DNA from: Leptospiraceae bacterium
GTDB lineage: Bacteria; Spirochaetota; Leptospiria; Leptospirales; Leptonemataceae
Assembly (NCBI GenBank): GCA_040217195.1
Contig: JAVJNR010000009.1
Span: 96,001-160,000, forward strand
Length of the DNA stretch: 64,000 bases
Reading direction: 5' to 3'
Of the stretch, positions 23,201 to 31,481 are shown piece by piece. Numbering within the stretch: position 1 is the first letter of the stretch; the number at the start of each line of letters is the position of its first letter. Under the pieces are notes generated by a model. That model had not been told where the DNA came from and ran no database searches. It saw only the letters and a program-made list of their open reading frames with translations. Position numbers and translations under genes: made by a program.

Positions 23201-24182
23201 AGCTGAGGTGGCCAAAGAGGAGGCAGAAGTAGCCCGGGCCGAGTCCGATGCTTTGCTGGAGAATGTGCTGCCCAGCGTAACCGCAAAAGAGCTAAAAGAG
23301 TCCGGCCGAGTGGAACCTGTGTACTTTGACAACGTTTCCGTGATGTTCACAGACTTTGTAGGATTCACAAAGGCAGCGGCCCGGCTGACTCCTGCCGAGC
23401 TTATCCAGGAGCTGGATGGTTGCTTTTCGCAATTCGATGAGGTATCCCGCCGAAACAATCTGGAAAAGCTAAAGACCATTGGTGATGCCTATATGTGCGC
23501 GGGAGGCCTGCCGGTGCCCAACGAAGGTCATGCTATCGATGCCTGCTTGACCGCCCTTGAATTTCGCAGCTTCATGAATCAGATGGCAGCAGTAAAAGGA
23601 CAGCTGGGCTATGAATTCTGGCAGATTCGCATTGGCATACACAGCGGGCCGGTTACGGCCGGCGTCATTGGCCAGAACAAGTTCTCCTACGATATCTGGG
23701 GCGATACGGTAAACGTGGCCAGCCGCATGGAATCCTCGGGCAGCCCGGGAATGGTTAATATTTCAGGTGCCACCTACGAACTCGTCAAAGATCTATTCCA
23801 ATGCGAATATCGAGGCAAAGTTCAGGCCAAGGGAAAGGGCGAACTGGACATGTACTTTGTGCATAGAATCAAGCCGGAACTTTCTGCAGATGAGGGAGGA
23901 CTGCTTCCCAATGCCATGTTTGAGCTTGCACGGACGGATATGGACATGGACGAAATCAATGCCATGAAATCAGAAATCCATGAGAATCATGCCGCCTCCA
24001 GGTATCCAGATAAATCGGAACCTGATACAGGGTCCACACAGGCACAGAATAATACCTCCACTGGTAAGTCGAAAGCCTCAAGCGGCGACCAAAAAGCCGA
24101 TCGGCGCGCCGGGTCGGAAAGAAGAAAACATGCGGGGGCCCGACCACTGTCCGAACTGGACAAAGAAAGACAGGGCTGGTAA
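17292..24182 (+). CDS. Giant 7TM-DISM / 8xGAF / class III adenylate cyclase
   Basis: Close paralog of 8191-16713 with a lipobox-like VAIGC. Start is uncertain (17214, 17292 or 17463). Confidence 0.9.
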   Translation: METISQKYSRSGNTKGTGFQLADLLLASILFWLPKRIVSLLAGIPARLRLFFPVRSFMSAAIPGPLFLIALFSMVAIGCFQSARPGPPVARDGVLDLRQWDFESNGSANLSGDWKLVWGQFASPNSPLRNAYDARVPRSWDHLGIEGVSGRGFGTLQLVLQGLPETTSGLTISLPSMTGAYRLYCGESLIAATGTAGNSYETTTPERIPRVAILPTECIKENQAVLTWHVANFRHRTGGGAAELTSTMTIGLPAQTMSSVYRRHLADLSLLAIAFIMALYHLVYWLFRRDDVQLVLFSAVAALFCVRITGTQTLLQQAFPSADFYEIEFMLEYLGYYLLVPVFFSYLRAWYPGEFNRFVSYTLWIIGGLFSATVLFGPVDFYSNYIRYYESVSLAAFLYTLIALGFAIVRKRRGAWILNAGVWIIIGTATHDILGNMGVLQSETYLAQFGFLTFLLSQSSLMAALFSDAFRRAEDLSENLEKKVVSRTGELAREKDRAETARATALAEQLESEILADLAQQANRGTDAKSLLDPLARVLTARLGADRLGLWVARDDGYLELVAGFADGQPTDPKQYSDVVARISTGEKGGILARGYREGRIIYVPRVNRKLLENSPVDREIQSTWKFDWFVNLPLVVDRGSVGMIAASGPRAKRIPRKEIRFLERAAATVASATQKQMLLERIEEEKDAAKKLERETRALAEFTRRLNERQDLNSIVSEVCQYSVNSMALRGAYVTVINEKEREFQSIGGYGLDYNDQQMAFVRSSRVPLSQESGLIYSTYRRKKNVHLRRLRQSSSPVDEYAREILQLNSIAHFPLLLEGNVIGVLAVDPGRRKLSQKDLGKLQNYADQVTGAINNAALLQQVQQQRMSIEGLARITETAASTDNLDEILNQIFHYVHSRFGILSGLVMVPNEDRTELQSIKVHTFEDKESLQLAAAGEYAEGLSVAINLQGGTLARTFLRGRPFYVPDVSRFMETGRNYPGSEIDRDIFQNLRYKGYLALPMTVNKEPVALLNFTSYGADLRLSRADREELGTLADQLAGIIRSRQLAENLSREKKRAEQEKAENEVLANLARRANEGAGIEDILIETSRITEAHCGVSRLGLYLVDTEKNTLELHSFLSSGEVNDERPVPDIIKSIPIEFESGSLAAVVQRMRKMFLPSIRPPFLEASPVDAAQVEFHKFDWFLQAPLMTGGSMIGVLAFVGSQDHRPGLRQRQLMGRIVDQIAGAVQSKQLLDQVEDARRDSEALAELARRADAGADLFEIGELVLDYARAKCGVDTLGLYTVNRELNRLEVQAFARKGPIEPGSVLPDELRFPPLFEQTGSLSQVVSRGRPLYMDRLPERLKRKMSDHDRKNLEFMQFDWFLDIPMIAQEEVIGVIAFAGPARQKLSESERNFLERITVQVSGSVKNRQLLKQVESERNVARTLQKETEGLNQLLKRIAPMEDLEEIMEEVMAFSKDAYDIGVYSLYSVDNERKQMQALAMNFPDHIGPEDRQYIMETPVPLDFRGGAFTIAYRRSPRYTYFKNAKQEGTSPIEEFVSKKYDLTNMVVYPLMEGDQVMVFLNFLTYNKEGLNRDQLSQLSILSDQISGIIRMNGLIREVKEQSVRTEAARKETDMLAELSRKANEATDLEAVSQTLFDHLRESLELDDFCLFVLEPETRLLHAAAWDTSAAEDPETRRWLETTHHKLEPDVGTLYRTYSKKKTTYLPRFPEAFFAPGDRIIVEKLKLTSALQVPLLIQDEVIGFLTSGPRRRLTREEITSVERFCNQVAGAIRATALLNSTAQARQRAENARRETEALAVLSREANETVNLENLSQTVFHLMRQTLDLENFTLFIVDDQDSELLPAKWDTVQDVSEWKRNFRVPLQPDAGTLHRTWSRKRTLYLPAFPEEFGGWADQEIVGNLKIESVLQIPLVVSDRVVGIFACGPTRKLNREEIRSAERYIQQIAGAVRIIALLQATQEAREEAEVAKEEAEVARAESDALLENVLPSVTAKELKESGRVEPVYFDNVSVMFTDFVGFTKAAARLTPAELIQELDGCFSQFDEVSRRNNLEKLKTIGDAYMCAGGLPVPNEGHAIDACLTALEFRSFMNQMAAVKGQLGYEFWQIRIGIHSGPVTAGVIGQNKFSYDIWGDTVNVASRMESSGSPGMVNISGATYELVKDLFQCEYRGKVQAKGKGELDMYFVHRIKPELSADEGGLLPNAMFELARTDMDMDEINAMKSEIHENHAASRYPDKSEPDTGSTQAQNNTSTGKSKASSGDQKADRRAGSERRKHAGARPLSELDKERQGW

Positions 24183-24328
24183 TGCCAATACCTGAGGGTG
24201 CCAGACTGAGCGATTTCACTTCGCAGGATGCTAATTGCATCAAAAGAATCACGTCTATATAGTTGCCGTTCGCCCCTGGTTAAAGCATCTAATTCGCAGA
24301 GGCATCATAATTCATCGCTGACTTCCCT

Positions 24329-24344
24329 CCCCCTGAACAGGGGG
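24329..24344. promoter_or_regulatory. Palindromic site, copy 5 (CCCCCTGAACAGGGGG)
   Basis: ~195 bp upstream of the PNPOx-like operon. Confidence 0.65.
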
Positions 24345-24538
24345 TTTTTGCTCCCGGACCAGGAATTGGTATTGCGCATCCCTTACCGTAGTATCTTCTA
24401 ATGCCCCTGAGCAAGGAAACTGGTTTGCTAGCGCCGGGGGATAACCTATTGCTTTCTGTCCAGGATCAGTAACGTTGCGAAAGAGCCGGCGCAGGCAATC
24501 CTTTTTGCCGGACAAAGAGCCACAGAGGAGAATTGGGA

Positions 24539-25015
24539 ATGTCAATACTGACCGATGAAATGATAGGGATCTGGAATGGTCCTGTAATGGGAGCAATCTG
24601 CACCGTAAACTCCCGACTGGAACCGTTCTATACAAGAGTCTGGGGAGCTACCGGGAAAGCCGGAGAAGCAACCATGAATTGTTTTATTCCGGAATCCCTT
24701 TCCGCTCGGCCACTGGCCGATCTCAAAGAACGCCCGAGGCTAGCAATTAACATGGTGGATGCTACCAATTTTTCCGGATACCAATTCAAAGGCCCCTTTC
24801 TGCAATCGATGAAAGCCACCCCCGAGGAAGAAGAGTACCTGGCAGGTATCAAGGCAAATACTCTTCATGTAGTAAGTCAGTTCTTTGGAGCGTCCGCCGG
24901 AGCAGGCTGGGAACGCTATATAATCAGTCCTGCCATTCGCCTGGAAATACAAGTAGAAGAAATCTACAACCAGGCCCCCGGCATGATGACCGCAGAAGAG
25001 AGGAAAATAGTATGA
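24539..25015 (+). CDS. Pyridoxamine 5'-phosphate oxidase-like (split-barrel) protein
   Basis: Pattern ICTVNSRLEP..RVWG...YQFKG...IYNQAPG. ATGA overlap with the next gene. Confidence 0.6.
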   Translation: MSILTDEMIGIWNGPVMGAICTVNSRLEPFYTRVWGATGKAGEATMNCFIPESLSARPLADLKERPRLAINMVDATNFSGYQFKGPFLQSMKATPEEEEYLAGIKANTLHVVSQFFGASAGAGWERYIISPAIRLEIQVEEIYNQAPGMMTAEERKIV

Positions 25016-25422
25016 AGTTGCCCGAAGAGATCAAACCAGCGCTACAGGGTGTCATCCCGGCTACCATCGCCACATGCGATCCATCCGGCAATCCGAATGC
25101 CACTATATTGTCCCAGGTTTTCCCTGTAGACGATGAGCATATTGCATTGTCCCATCAATTCTTTACCAAGACCTACCAGAACATTCGAACACACCCAAAA
25201 GTACACATACAGGTGGTGCATCCTGCCGATTGCACCCCCTGGTTACTGGAAGCGGAATTTGTAAGAGAAGAAACGGAAGGTCCTTTGTTCGAACAGATGG
25301 ATATGCAACTGGAAGCCATTGCTTCCATGTCCGGAATGGCCGATGTATTTAAGCTACACTCCGCTCTTGTTTGCAAGGTCCTGAGCGCATCCATTCTCGA
25401 AGGAGCCCAGAGGCCTGCATGA
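25012..25422 (+). CDS. Pyridoxamine 5'-phosphate oxidase-family FMN-binding protein
   Basis: IATCDPSGNPN...SQV..VD...ALSHQFFTKTYQNIRTHP. Confidence 0.75.
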   Translation: MKLPEEIKPALQGVIPATIATCDPSGNPNATILSQVFPVDDEHIALSHQFFTKTYQNIRTHPKVHIQVVHPADCTPWLLEAEFVREETEGPLFEQMDMQLEAIASMSGMADVFKLHSALVCKVLSASILEGAQRPA

Positions 25423-25423
25423 C

Positions 25424-28400
25424 ATGAGCTTTGAATCCGAGATCAGCCCGGACGAGGATTCCGCCGTTTGCGTCAACCAGCTGCGGCAGCAACTGGCTCG
25501 CAAGGAAAGAGAGTTCCAGGTGATCCATGAGCTTTCGTCTGAAATCAATACTACGCTGGATCCGGATCGAATCTTCAAGGTTTCCATGGATGGCCTGGAC
25601 CAGGCTTTCGATTTTCACCATTCTCTGATTCTGCTAACTGATGAAGCCGGTAAGAATCTGGAAGTTGTGGCCAGCCATGGTTATCCGGACCCGGGCCTGG
25701 GAGCCACACTGCCGGTGGGCATGGGCGTCATTGGTGTTGCCGCAAAAAGAAAGAAGCTACTGAGATCGGTGGCGATAACCTACCAATCCCTGTATGCTCG
25801 GATGACCATGATGGGAAAGGCAGACCAGGTGAAGAACCGGAGTCCCATGCCCGGGCTGGAAAATGCGGCCAGTCAGATGGCCATTCCACTCATTGTACAG
25901 GATGCTTTGATCGGAATCTATGCGGTGGAAAGCCCGGCGGTGGGGGCCTTTGATTCTCTGGATGAGCAACTTCTTTCCATCATCGGAAGCATGGTGGGTG
26001 CCGCCATAGCAAATGCAAGAACCTATCGGGACGTGGAGGATTTAAGCAGAAACCTGGAACAAAAGGTTCAGCGCCGCACAGAAGAGCTCAATTCTCTAAA
26101 TACACTTACGCGTACAGTAAACCGAAGTCATCAGCTAGAAACGATAGTCCGGGACACAGCGCAATACATGGTAAGACATCTGGCCGTGCGAAAGATGTTT
26201 CTCTTTCTGTTGAACTCTGAAGAAAATGAAATTCGGGGAATGGCAGGCTATTTAGAGACTCTCAGTGATGAACAGCAAGACCTACTAAAAAACTTTCGAG
26301 CCCGGGTGGAGCCAGAGCTGGGCACGTTGTACCGTACTATTCAGCGAAAAAGGACCGTGTACCTGGATCTCACTCGAATCAAGCAGGCCCGCTCTGCAGC
26401 AGACCGGTTTGTTATAGAACAAATTGGACTGAGCAGCGTCATCCAGATTCCTGTTATGGTGAGCGGCCGCGTTCTGGGAGTGGCCTGTATGGATCCTGGC
26501 GGGTTTCGCATGGATCGTGCCGCACTGCGCAAACTGGAATCCGTGGTAGCCCAGATTGCAGGCGCTGCAGACAACGCCTATCTTCTGGAACAGGTAAGCG
26601 CACAGAAACAGGATGCCTTACGAGAACGGGCGGATAGTGAAATTCTGGCAGAAGTGGCCCGCAGAGCAAACGAGGCCCGCAGCAGCGAGGAAATCCTGCA
26701 ATTGATGGCCGAACATGTACTCGGACATTGTGCTGTGAACACCATATCCCTGCGATTGGTAGATCCCACCGGCGAACTGTTGGAAACTCATTCTGTGATA
26801 GAAGACGGCATCCGAACCAGCCTGGACGATTTGCCCGCAGAAATCCGGTCTATACCGCTAAAATATGAAAGCGGAAGTCTGTACCAGGTCTTTTCCAGGA
26901 ATCGCAAGATGTATCTGCCTCGCATCCGGCCCTCCTTTGTGCAGAATTCCCCGGTGGATCAGACCATTCATGCCCATCACGGATTTGAGTGGTTTTTGAA
27001 CGTTCCTCTGTCAATCCAGGGCAGTGTCATCGGCATTTTCAGTTTCGCTGGCAAGAAAGCAAACCTGCCGGACTTTAGAGCGCGATTATTAATGGAACGA
27101 ATGGTTGCACAGGTGGCCGGAGCTGTTCATAGCAAGCAGCTACTGCTGCAGGTTCAGGAAGAAAGAAACATTGCCACACGACTCCAGGAAGAGACAGAAG
27201 GCCTCAATCAATTGCTCAAGCGAATCGCCAGCATTGAAGATATCCAGGAATTGATGAATGTAGTCCAGAAGTATGTTGCGAAGGCATACGATATCCATTA
27301 CTACTCTCTCTACTCCATGGACCCGGAAAACCAACAGGTAGTGCCGACCGCGCTGAACATTCCCGAATGGATTTCAGGAGATGACCTGGAGCATATTCGC
27401 ACGACTCCCGTGCCACTAAATGTTCGATTTGGAGCTCTAAGCGTGGCCTACCGCAGAGTCCCGAATTACACATACTACAGGTCTCTTCGCCCATCCATTG
27501 CTTCCGACATTGAACGATTCATTATCGAAAAATACAGGATGAACAATCTGGTGGTCTACCCATTGATGAATAACAATGAGCCCATCGCTTTCCTGAATTT
27601 TATGACTCACACTGAGGGAGGGCTCAATCGGGAACAACTGAATCAACTCTCTATTTTGAGCGATCAGATCTCCGGCATTATTCGGATGAATGGACTACTT
27701 CGCGAAATAAAAGAAGAAGGGCGAAAGACCGAACAGGCCCGGGCCGAAACCCAGGCTCTGGCCACTCTTTCAAGGCATGCCAACGAAAGCACAAACCTGG
27801 AAAGTATTTGCCACGCTCTTTTTACCTATCTGGAAGATACCCTCAGTCTTACGAACTTCTGTCTATTTATGGTGGATCAGCCCCGGTCCGAGATCTATGT
27901 CGTTGCAGGTGCCGGCGCTGGGTGGTCCACTCACATTCAGGAGTGGACCCGGGATCTGAGAATTAAGTTGGAACCAGAATCCGGCACCCTTTATAGCACG
28001 TATAGTAGGCAAAAACCCATGTACCTTCGGCGAATTCCTGGAAACATGGATTCAGCTGTGGATCTGACCATAGTAGAAAAATTCAATCTTGATTCTATAT
28101 TGCAGGTGCCTCTGGTCATCCAGGGAAATACCATCGGAATACTGGCCTGCGAACCATCCCGAAGGCTCCGCCCGGAAGATATTCAATCCGTTGAACGATT
28201 TTGTAATCAGATCGCAGGCGCCATGCGAACCATGGCTTTGCTTCAGATCACCCAGGAGGCCCGGGAAGAAGCCGTGGTGGCCAAAGAGGAAGCGGAGCAG
28301 GCCCGGGCCGAATCCGATGCACTCCTGGACAATGTGCTTCCGGCTGCTGCAGCAAGAGAACTCAAAGAAACCGGCCGAGTCGAACCCATATACTTTGACT

Positions 28401-29269
28401 CCGTTTCAGTGCTTTTCACAGACTTCGTAGGATTCACCAGGGCGGCCGCCAACCTGACACCTGCCGAACTGATCCAGGAACTGGATGGTTGCTTTTCTCA
28501 GTTCGACGAAGTAAGTCGCAGAAACAACCTGGAAAAACTGAAAACAATCGGCGATGCCTATATGTGTGCAGGCGGTCTCCCGGAACCCGGTAATTCCCAT
28601 CCTGTGGACATCTGCCTGGCTGCACTTGAGCTACGAGCGTTCATGCAGCAAATGGCAGAAGTGAAGCAACAACTGGGATTTCAATTCTGGCAGATTAGAA
28701 TCGGAATTCATACTGGCCCGGTTACCGCCGGCATTATTGGACAGAATAAATTTGCATACGATATCTGGGGAGATACCGTCAACGTAGCCAGCAGAATGGA
28801 GTCCTCCGGAAGTCCCGGTATGATCAACATCTCTGGATCCACGTATTCGCTGGTCAAAAATCTGTTCGAATGCGAACACCGGGGCAAAGTAGAGGCAAAA
28901 GGTAAAGGCGAAATGGATATGTATTTTCTGCATCGTATCAAGCCCGAACTTTCTGCCGATGAAGAAGGATTGCTACCAAATGCAATGTTTGAAATGGCTC
29001 GCACCGATCTGGATAGAGATGAGATCCATTCGCTCAAGCAGGGTCCCTCAGAGACTCCCGGATTTCGATCTTCTGAAAGTTACAGCGAAGGGGCTACCGA
29101 TGAGATAGCTCATTCAGCCACAAATTGCGGGTTTCAGACCTCTTTGAATCAGTCTGATAACAGCGTAGAGAGTGGACAGTGTATTTCGGACAGAAAGCAA
29201 TCCATCCGAAAAAAGCCAGCAGGAGCCCGGCCGCTATCCGAGATCGATGCGGACCGCGAGGGCTGGTAA
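25424..29269 (+). CDS. Soluble 5xGAF class III adenylate cyclase
   Basis: No TM segments, five GAF modules, cyclase motifs KLKTIGDAYM and YDIWGDTVNVASRMES. Confidence 0.9.
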   Translation: MSFESEISPDEDSAVCVNQLRQQLARKEREFQVIHELSSEINTTLDPDRIFKVSMDGLDQAFDFHHSLILLTDEAGKNLEVVASHGYPDPGLGATLPVGMGVIGVAAKRKKLLRSVAITYQSLYARMTMMGKADQVKNRSPMPGLENAASQMAIPLIVQDALIGIYAVESPAVGAFDSLDEQLLSIIGSMVGAAIANARTYRDVEDLSRNLEQKVQRRTEELNSLNTLTRTVNRSHQLETIVRDTAQYMVRHLAVRKMFLFLLNSEENEIRGMAGYLETLSDEQQDLLKNFRARVEPELGTLYRTIQRKRTVYLDLTRIKQARSAADRFVIEQIGLSSVIQIPVMVSGRVLGVACMDPGGFRMDRAALRKLESVVAQIAGAADNAYLLEQVSAQKQDALRERADSEILAEVARRANEARSSEEILQLMAEHVLGHCAVNTISLRLVDPTGELLETHSVIEDGIRTSLDDLPAEIRSIPLKYESGSLYQVFSRNRKMYLPRIRPSFVQNSPVDQTIHAHHGFEWFLNVPLSIQGSVIGIFSFAGKKANLPDFRARLLMERMVAQVAGAVHSKQLLLQVQEERNIATRLQEETEGLNQLLKRIASIEDIQELMNVVQKYVAKAYDIHYYSLYSMDPENQQVVPTALNIPEWISGDDLEHIRTTPVPLNVRFGALSVAYRRVPNYTYYRSLRPSIASDIERFIIEKYRMNNLVVYPLMNNNEPIAFLNFMTHTEGGLNREQLNQLSILSDQISGIIRMNGLLREIKEEGRKTEQARAETQALATLSRHANESTNLESICHALFTYLEDTLSLTNFCLFMVDQPRSEIYVVAGAGAGWSTHIQEWTRDLRIKLEPESGTLYSTYSRQKPMYLRRIPGNMDSAVDLTIVEKFNLDSILQVPLVIQGNTIGILACEPSRRLRPEDIQSVERFCNQIAGAMRTMALLQITQEAREEAVVAKEEAEQARAESDALLDNVLPAAAARELKETGRVEPIYFDSVSVLFTDFVGFTRAAANLTPAELIQELDGCFSQFDEVSRRNNLEKLKTIGDAYMCAGGLPEPGNSHPVDICLAALELRAFMQQMAEVKQQLGFQFWQIRIGIHTGPVTAGIIGQNKFAYDIWGDTVNVASRMESSGSPGMINISGSTYSLVKNLFECEHRGKVEAKGKGEMDMYFLHRIKPELSADEEGLLPNAMFEMARTDLDRDEIHSLKQGPSETPGFRSSESYSEGATDEIAHSATNCGFQTSLNQSDNSVESGQCISDRKQSIRKKPAGARPLSEIDADREGW

Positions 29270-29426
29270 TCGGAACCGCATTCGGACGTCGATGGAAATA
29301 TTTTTAGTCAATTGTGTAACCCGGATTTATGGATCATCGAATTTGAGAACCGGAAGGGACCGAGGAAAATAATGTAATCGGGCCGCCATATTCCGAAATA
29401 CTGGATATTACATAAGGGGTTCCCAT

Positions 29427-30419
29427 TTGAAAGCAGCAGTGATTGATCGTTTCGGCGATGCGGAGGTTCTGCGCATTGCCGAGGATTTACCAGGGCCTGA
29501 AATCCAGGCAAACCAGGTTCTTGTTCGAGTAGCGGCCGCCGGGATCAACCCGCTGGATCTCCGAACTCGTGAAGGGGATCTTCGCTGGATTCGCGGCAAT
29601 CGCTTTCCCATGATTCTGGGCAATGACCTTTCTGGCATTGTGGTGGAATGCGGAAAGGATGTCTCTCAATTTCATCCGGGAGATCTTGTATTTGGCATGA
29701 TAGATCCCAATCCGGTCCTCGCCTGGAATGGATTCACTCAATGCGGCGCGTATGCTGAATTTGCAGTAGCCCGGGCAGATACCCTGGCCCATAAACCGGA
29801 GAGCATCTCGCACGTGGAGGCAGCCTCCATTCCCCTCGTTGCACTCACTGCGTATCAGGCCCTGGGCACAGACTTGAAGAATAAAGACGTACTGATCAAT
29901 GGAGCATCCGGTGGCGTGGGGACCTTTGCGGTTCAGCTGGCACGAGCCGCCGGCGCCCGGGTTACAGCTTTTTGCAGTGAGCCCAATCGGGAGGCTGTGC
30001 GCGATCTGGGGGCCCGGGAGGTATATGATTATCGAAAACAATCCGTTACAGACCTGCCCGGCCAATTCGACGTAATCTATGACGTGGCAGTCACCCTCAA
30101 GTATTCAGAATGCCACGAGCTACTGAAACCCGATGGCCGATTCATCTCTAACCTGATCAGCCCGTCGAACTTCCTATCCACTATTCTACAACCTGCGCTT
30201 AAGCCATTTTGCCATGGCCGCATAAACACCTACGCCTTCGTAAAGCCGTCAGGTCAGGAACTTGAAGAAATCTCCAAACTGATTGAGCTGGGTCACATTC
30301 GGCCGGTTATCGACCGAGTCTTCGATTTGCAAGATGTGGCGGCAGCCCATGAGCATAGTCAGAAAACCAGGGGTTACGGAAAAGTAGTCCTGAATGTGGC
30401 CGAAAACCGGGTGGACTGA
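29427..30419 (+). CDS. NADP-dependent quinone oxidoreductase-like (MDR family)
   Basis: VLVRVAAAGINPLD, VLINGASGGVG, GKVVL. Confidence 0.9.
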   Translation: MKAAVIDRFGDAEVLRIAEDLPGPEIQANQVLVRVAAAGINPLDLRTREGDLRWIRGNRFPMILGNDLSGIVVECGKDVSQFHPGDLVFGMIDPNPVLAWNGFTQCGAYAEFAVARADTLAHKPESISHVEAASIPLVALTAYQALGTDLKNKDVLINGASGGVGTFAVQLARAAGARVTAFCSEPNREAVRDLGAREVYDYRKQSVTDLPGQFDVIYDVAVTLKYSECHELLKPDGRFISNLISPSNFLSTILQPALKPFCHGRINTYAFVKPSGQELEEISKLIELGHIRPVIDRVFDLQDVAAAHEHSQKTRGYGKVVLNVAENRVD

Positions 30420-30475
30420 CAGTTTTCTTGAGGCCTGCAGTAGCCGCAGACCGGATTAGTTAGGCAGAACCGCAC

Positions 30476-30491
30476 TCCCCTGATCAGGTGG
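30476..30491. promoter_or_regulatory. Palindromic site, copy 6 (TCCCCTGATCAGGTGG)
   Basis: ~105 bp upstream of the SRPBCC gene. Confidence 0.6.
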
Positions 30492-30596
30492 TTTTATTCA
30501 TTTTCAGATTCGAATGCATTGGCATGGAAAATGATGCCCGCAAAACCAGTATGACCCGGGGAGCGTAATCCTGGGGCAAGGAGCAGTGCATCGAAA

Positions 30597-31088
30597 ATGG
30601 CGAACCAACAAATGAAAGAATACCACTTCGTTACAATCTGGAGAACAAAAGCTCCTCTTTCGGACGTTTACAGGGAAATCCATAGCAGCGACTCCTGGCC
30701 GGAGTGGTGGCCCGCGGTCAAAAAGGTAGAAACACTGAGCAAGGGAAATGATCAGGATCTGGGGACTGTGCGAAGGATGACCTGGAAAGGGGCTCTGCCC
30801 TATTCCCTGGCTTTTGACATGAAATCCACCATCGTAGAGCCGGAGAAGGTTCTGGCCGGAGATGCCTTTGGCGAACTGGAAGGGCACGGCCGATGGGAGT
30901 TCAACCGCGAAGGGAATGACACTATCATTCGCTACGACTGGAAGGTTTACACAACAAAAGCCTGGATGAACCTGTTCGCACCCATTGCAAAGCCTATCTT
31001 TCAATGGAATCACGACCATGTAATGGAAGGCGGGGCCCGGGGGCTGAGCAAACGCCTGGGCGTGGAAGTTACCGACGAAAGTCCCTGA
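30597..31088 (+). CDS. SRPBCC/polyketide cyclase-like protein
   Basis: WPEWWP, GELEGHGRW, WNHDHVM..G..GL. Confidence 0.8.
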   Translation: MANQQMKEYHFVTIWRTKAPLSDVYREIHSSDSWPEWWPAVKKVETLSKGNDQDLGTVRRMTWKGALPYSLAFDMKSTIVEPEKVLAGDAFGELEGHGRWEFNREGNDTIIRYDWKVYTTKAWMNLFAPIAKPIFQWNHDHVMEGGARGLSKRLGVEVTDESP

Positions 31089-31165
31089 AAGAGGCCCATA
31101 GCGCAGGACTCATCTCAGACGAAGAGTATGAACAAAAACGAACCAGGATCCTGAAAGAATCTTGA
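31085..31165 (+). pseudogene. Orphan SHOCT-like C-terminal fragment
   Basis: Manual translation gives LKEAHSAGLISDEEYEQKRTRILKES*. No nearby start codon seen. Confidence 0.55.
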
Positions 31166-31481
31166 GACCAATTAATCGGCCAGACCACGAATAATGTATC
31201 CGGCCACAACCTGCGCCAGAGCCAGGCAGAGCAATGTACGGCCAATAGATGATATCATTACCTTTCTTTCATCATCGCTGGCCCGCTGCACTGACTCATC
31301 CGCTTCCGCCCCCACCTCCTGGTGAAGACGATCCAGTTTTTAGTTAAATAGTTCTTCCTCTTCCTGAAGCCTGCTCTCCATCCAGATAACCCGCCTTGAA
31401 TACCCTTTCTCGGATTCTAGCACAAAAGTAAGCCTGTCCGGTATTTAATGTTCACAGGAAGTATCTGTACTGCAGTGACAT

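Noticed and set aside
8113..24182. Diversity-generating retroelement or invertase-driven shuffling
   Set aside because: No reverse transcriptase or recombinase was seen in the window, and differences between copies are not adenine-specific.
24403..24418. GCCCCTGAGCAAGGAA as a seventh palindrome copy (also CCACCTCAGGGTGG near 8136)
   Set aside because: Only a half-site match or wrong spacing. Not supportable.
8141..29037. Numerous short antisense and off-frame ORFs inside the cyclase genes
   Set aside because: Shadow ORFs. They recur only because the host genes are paralogous.
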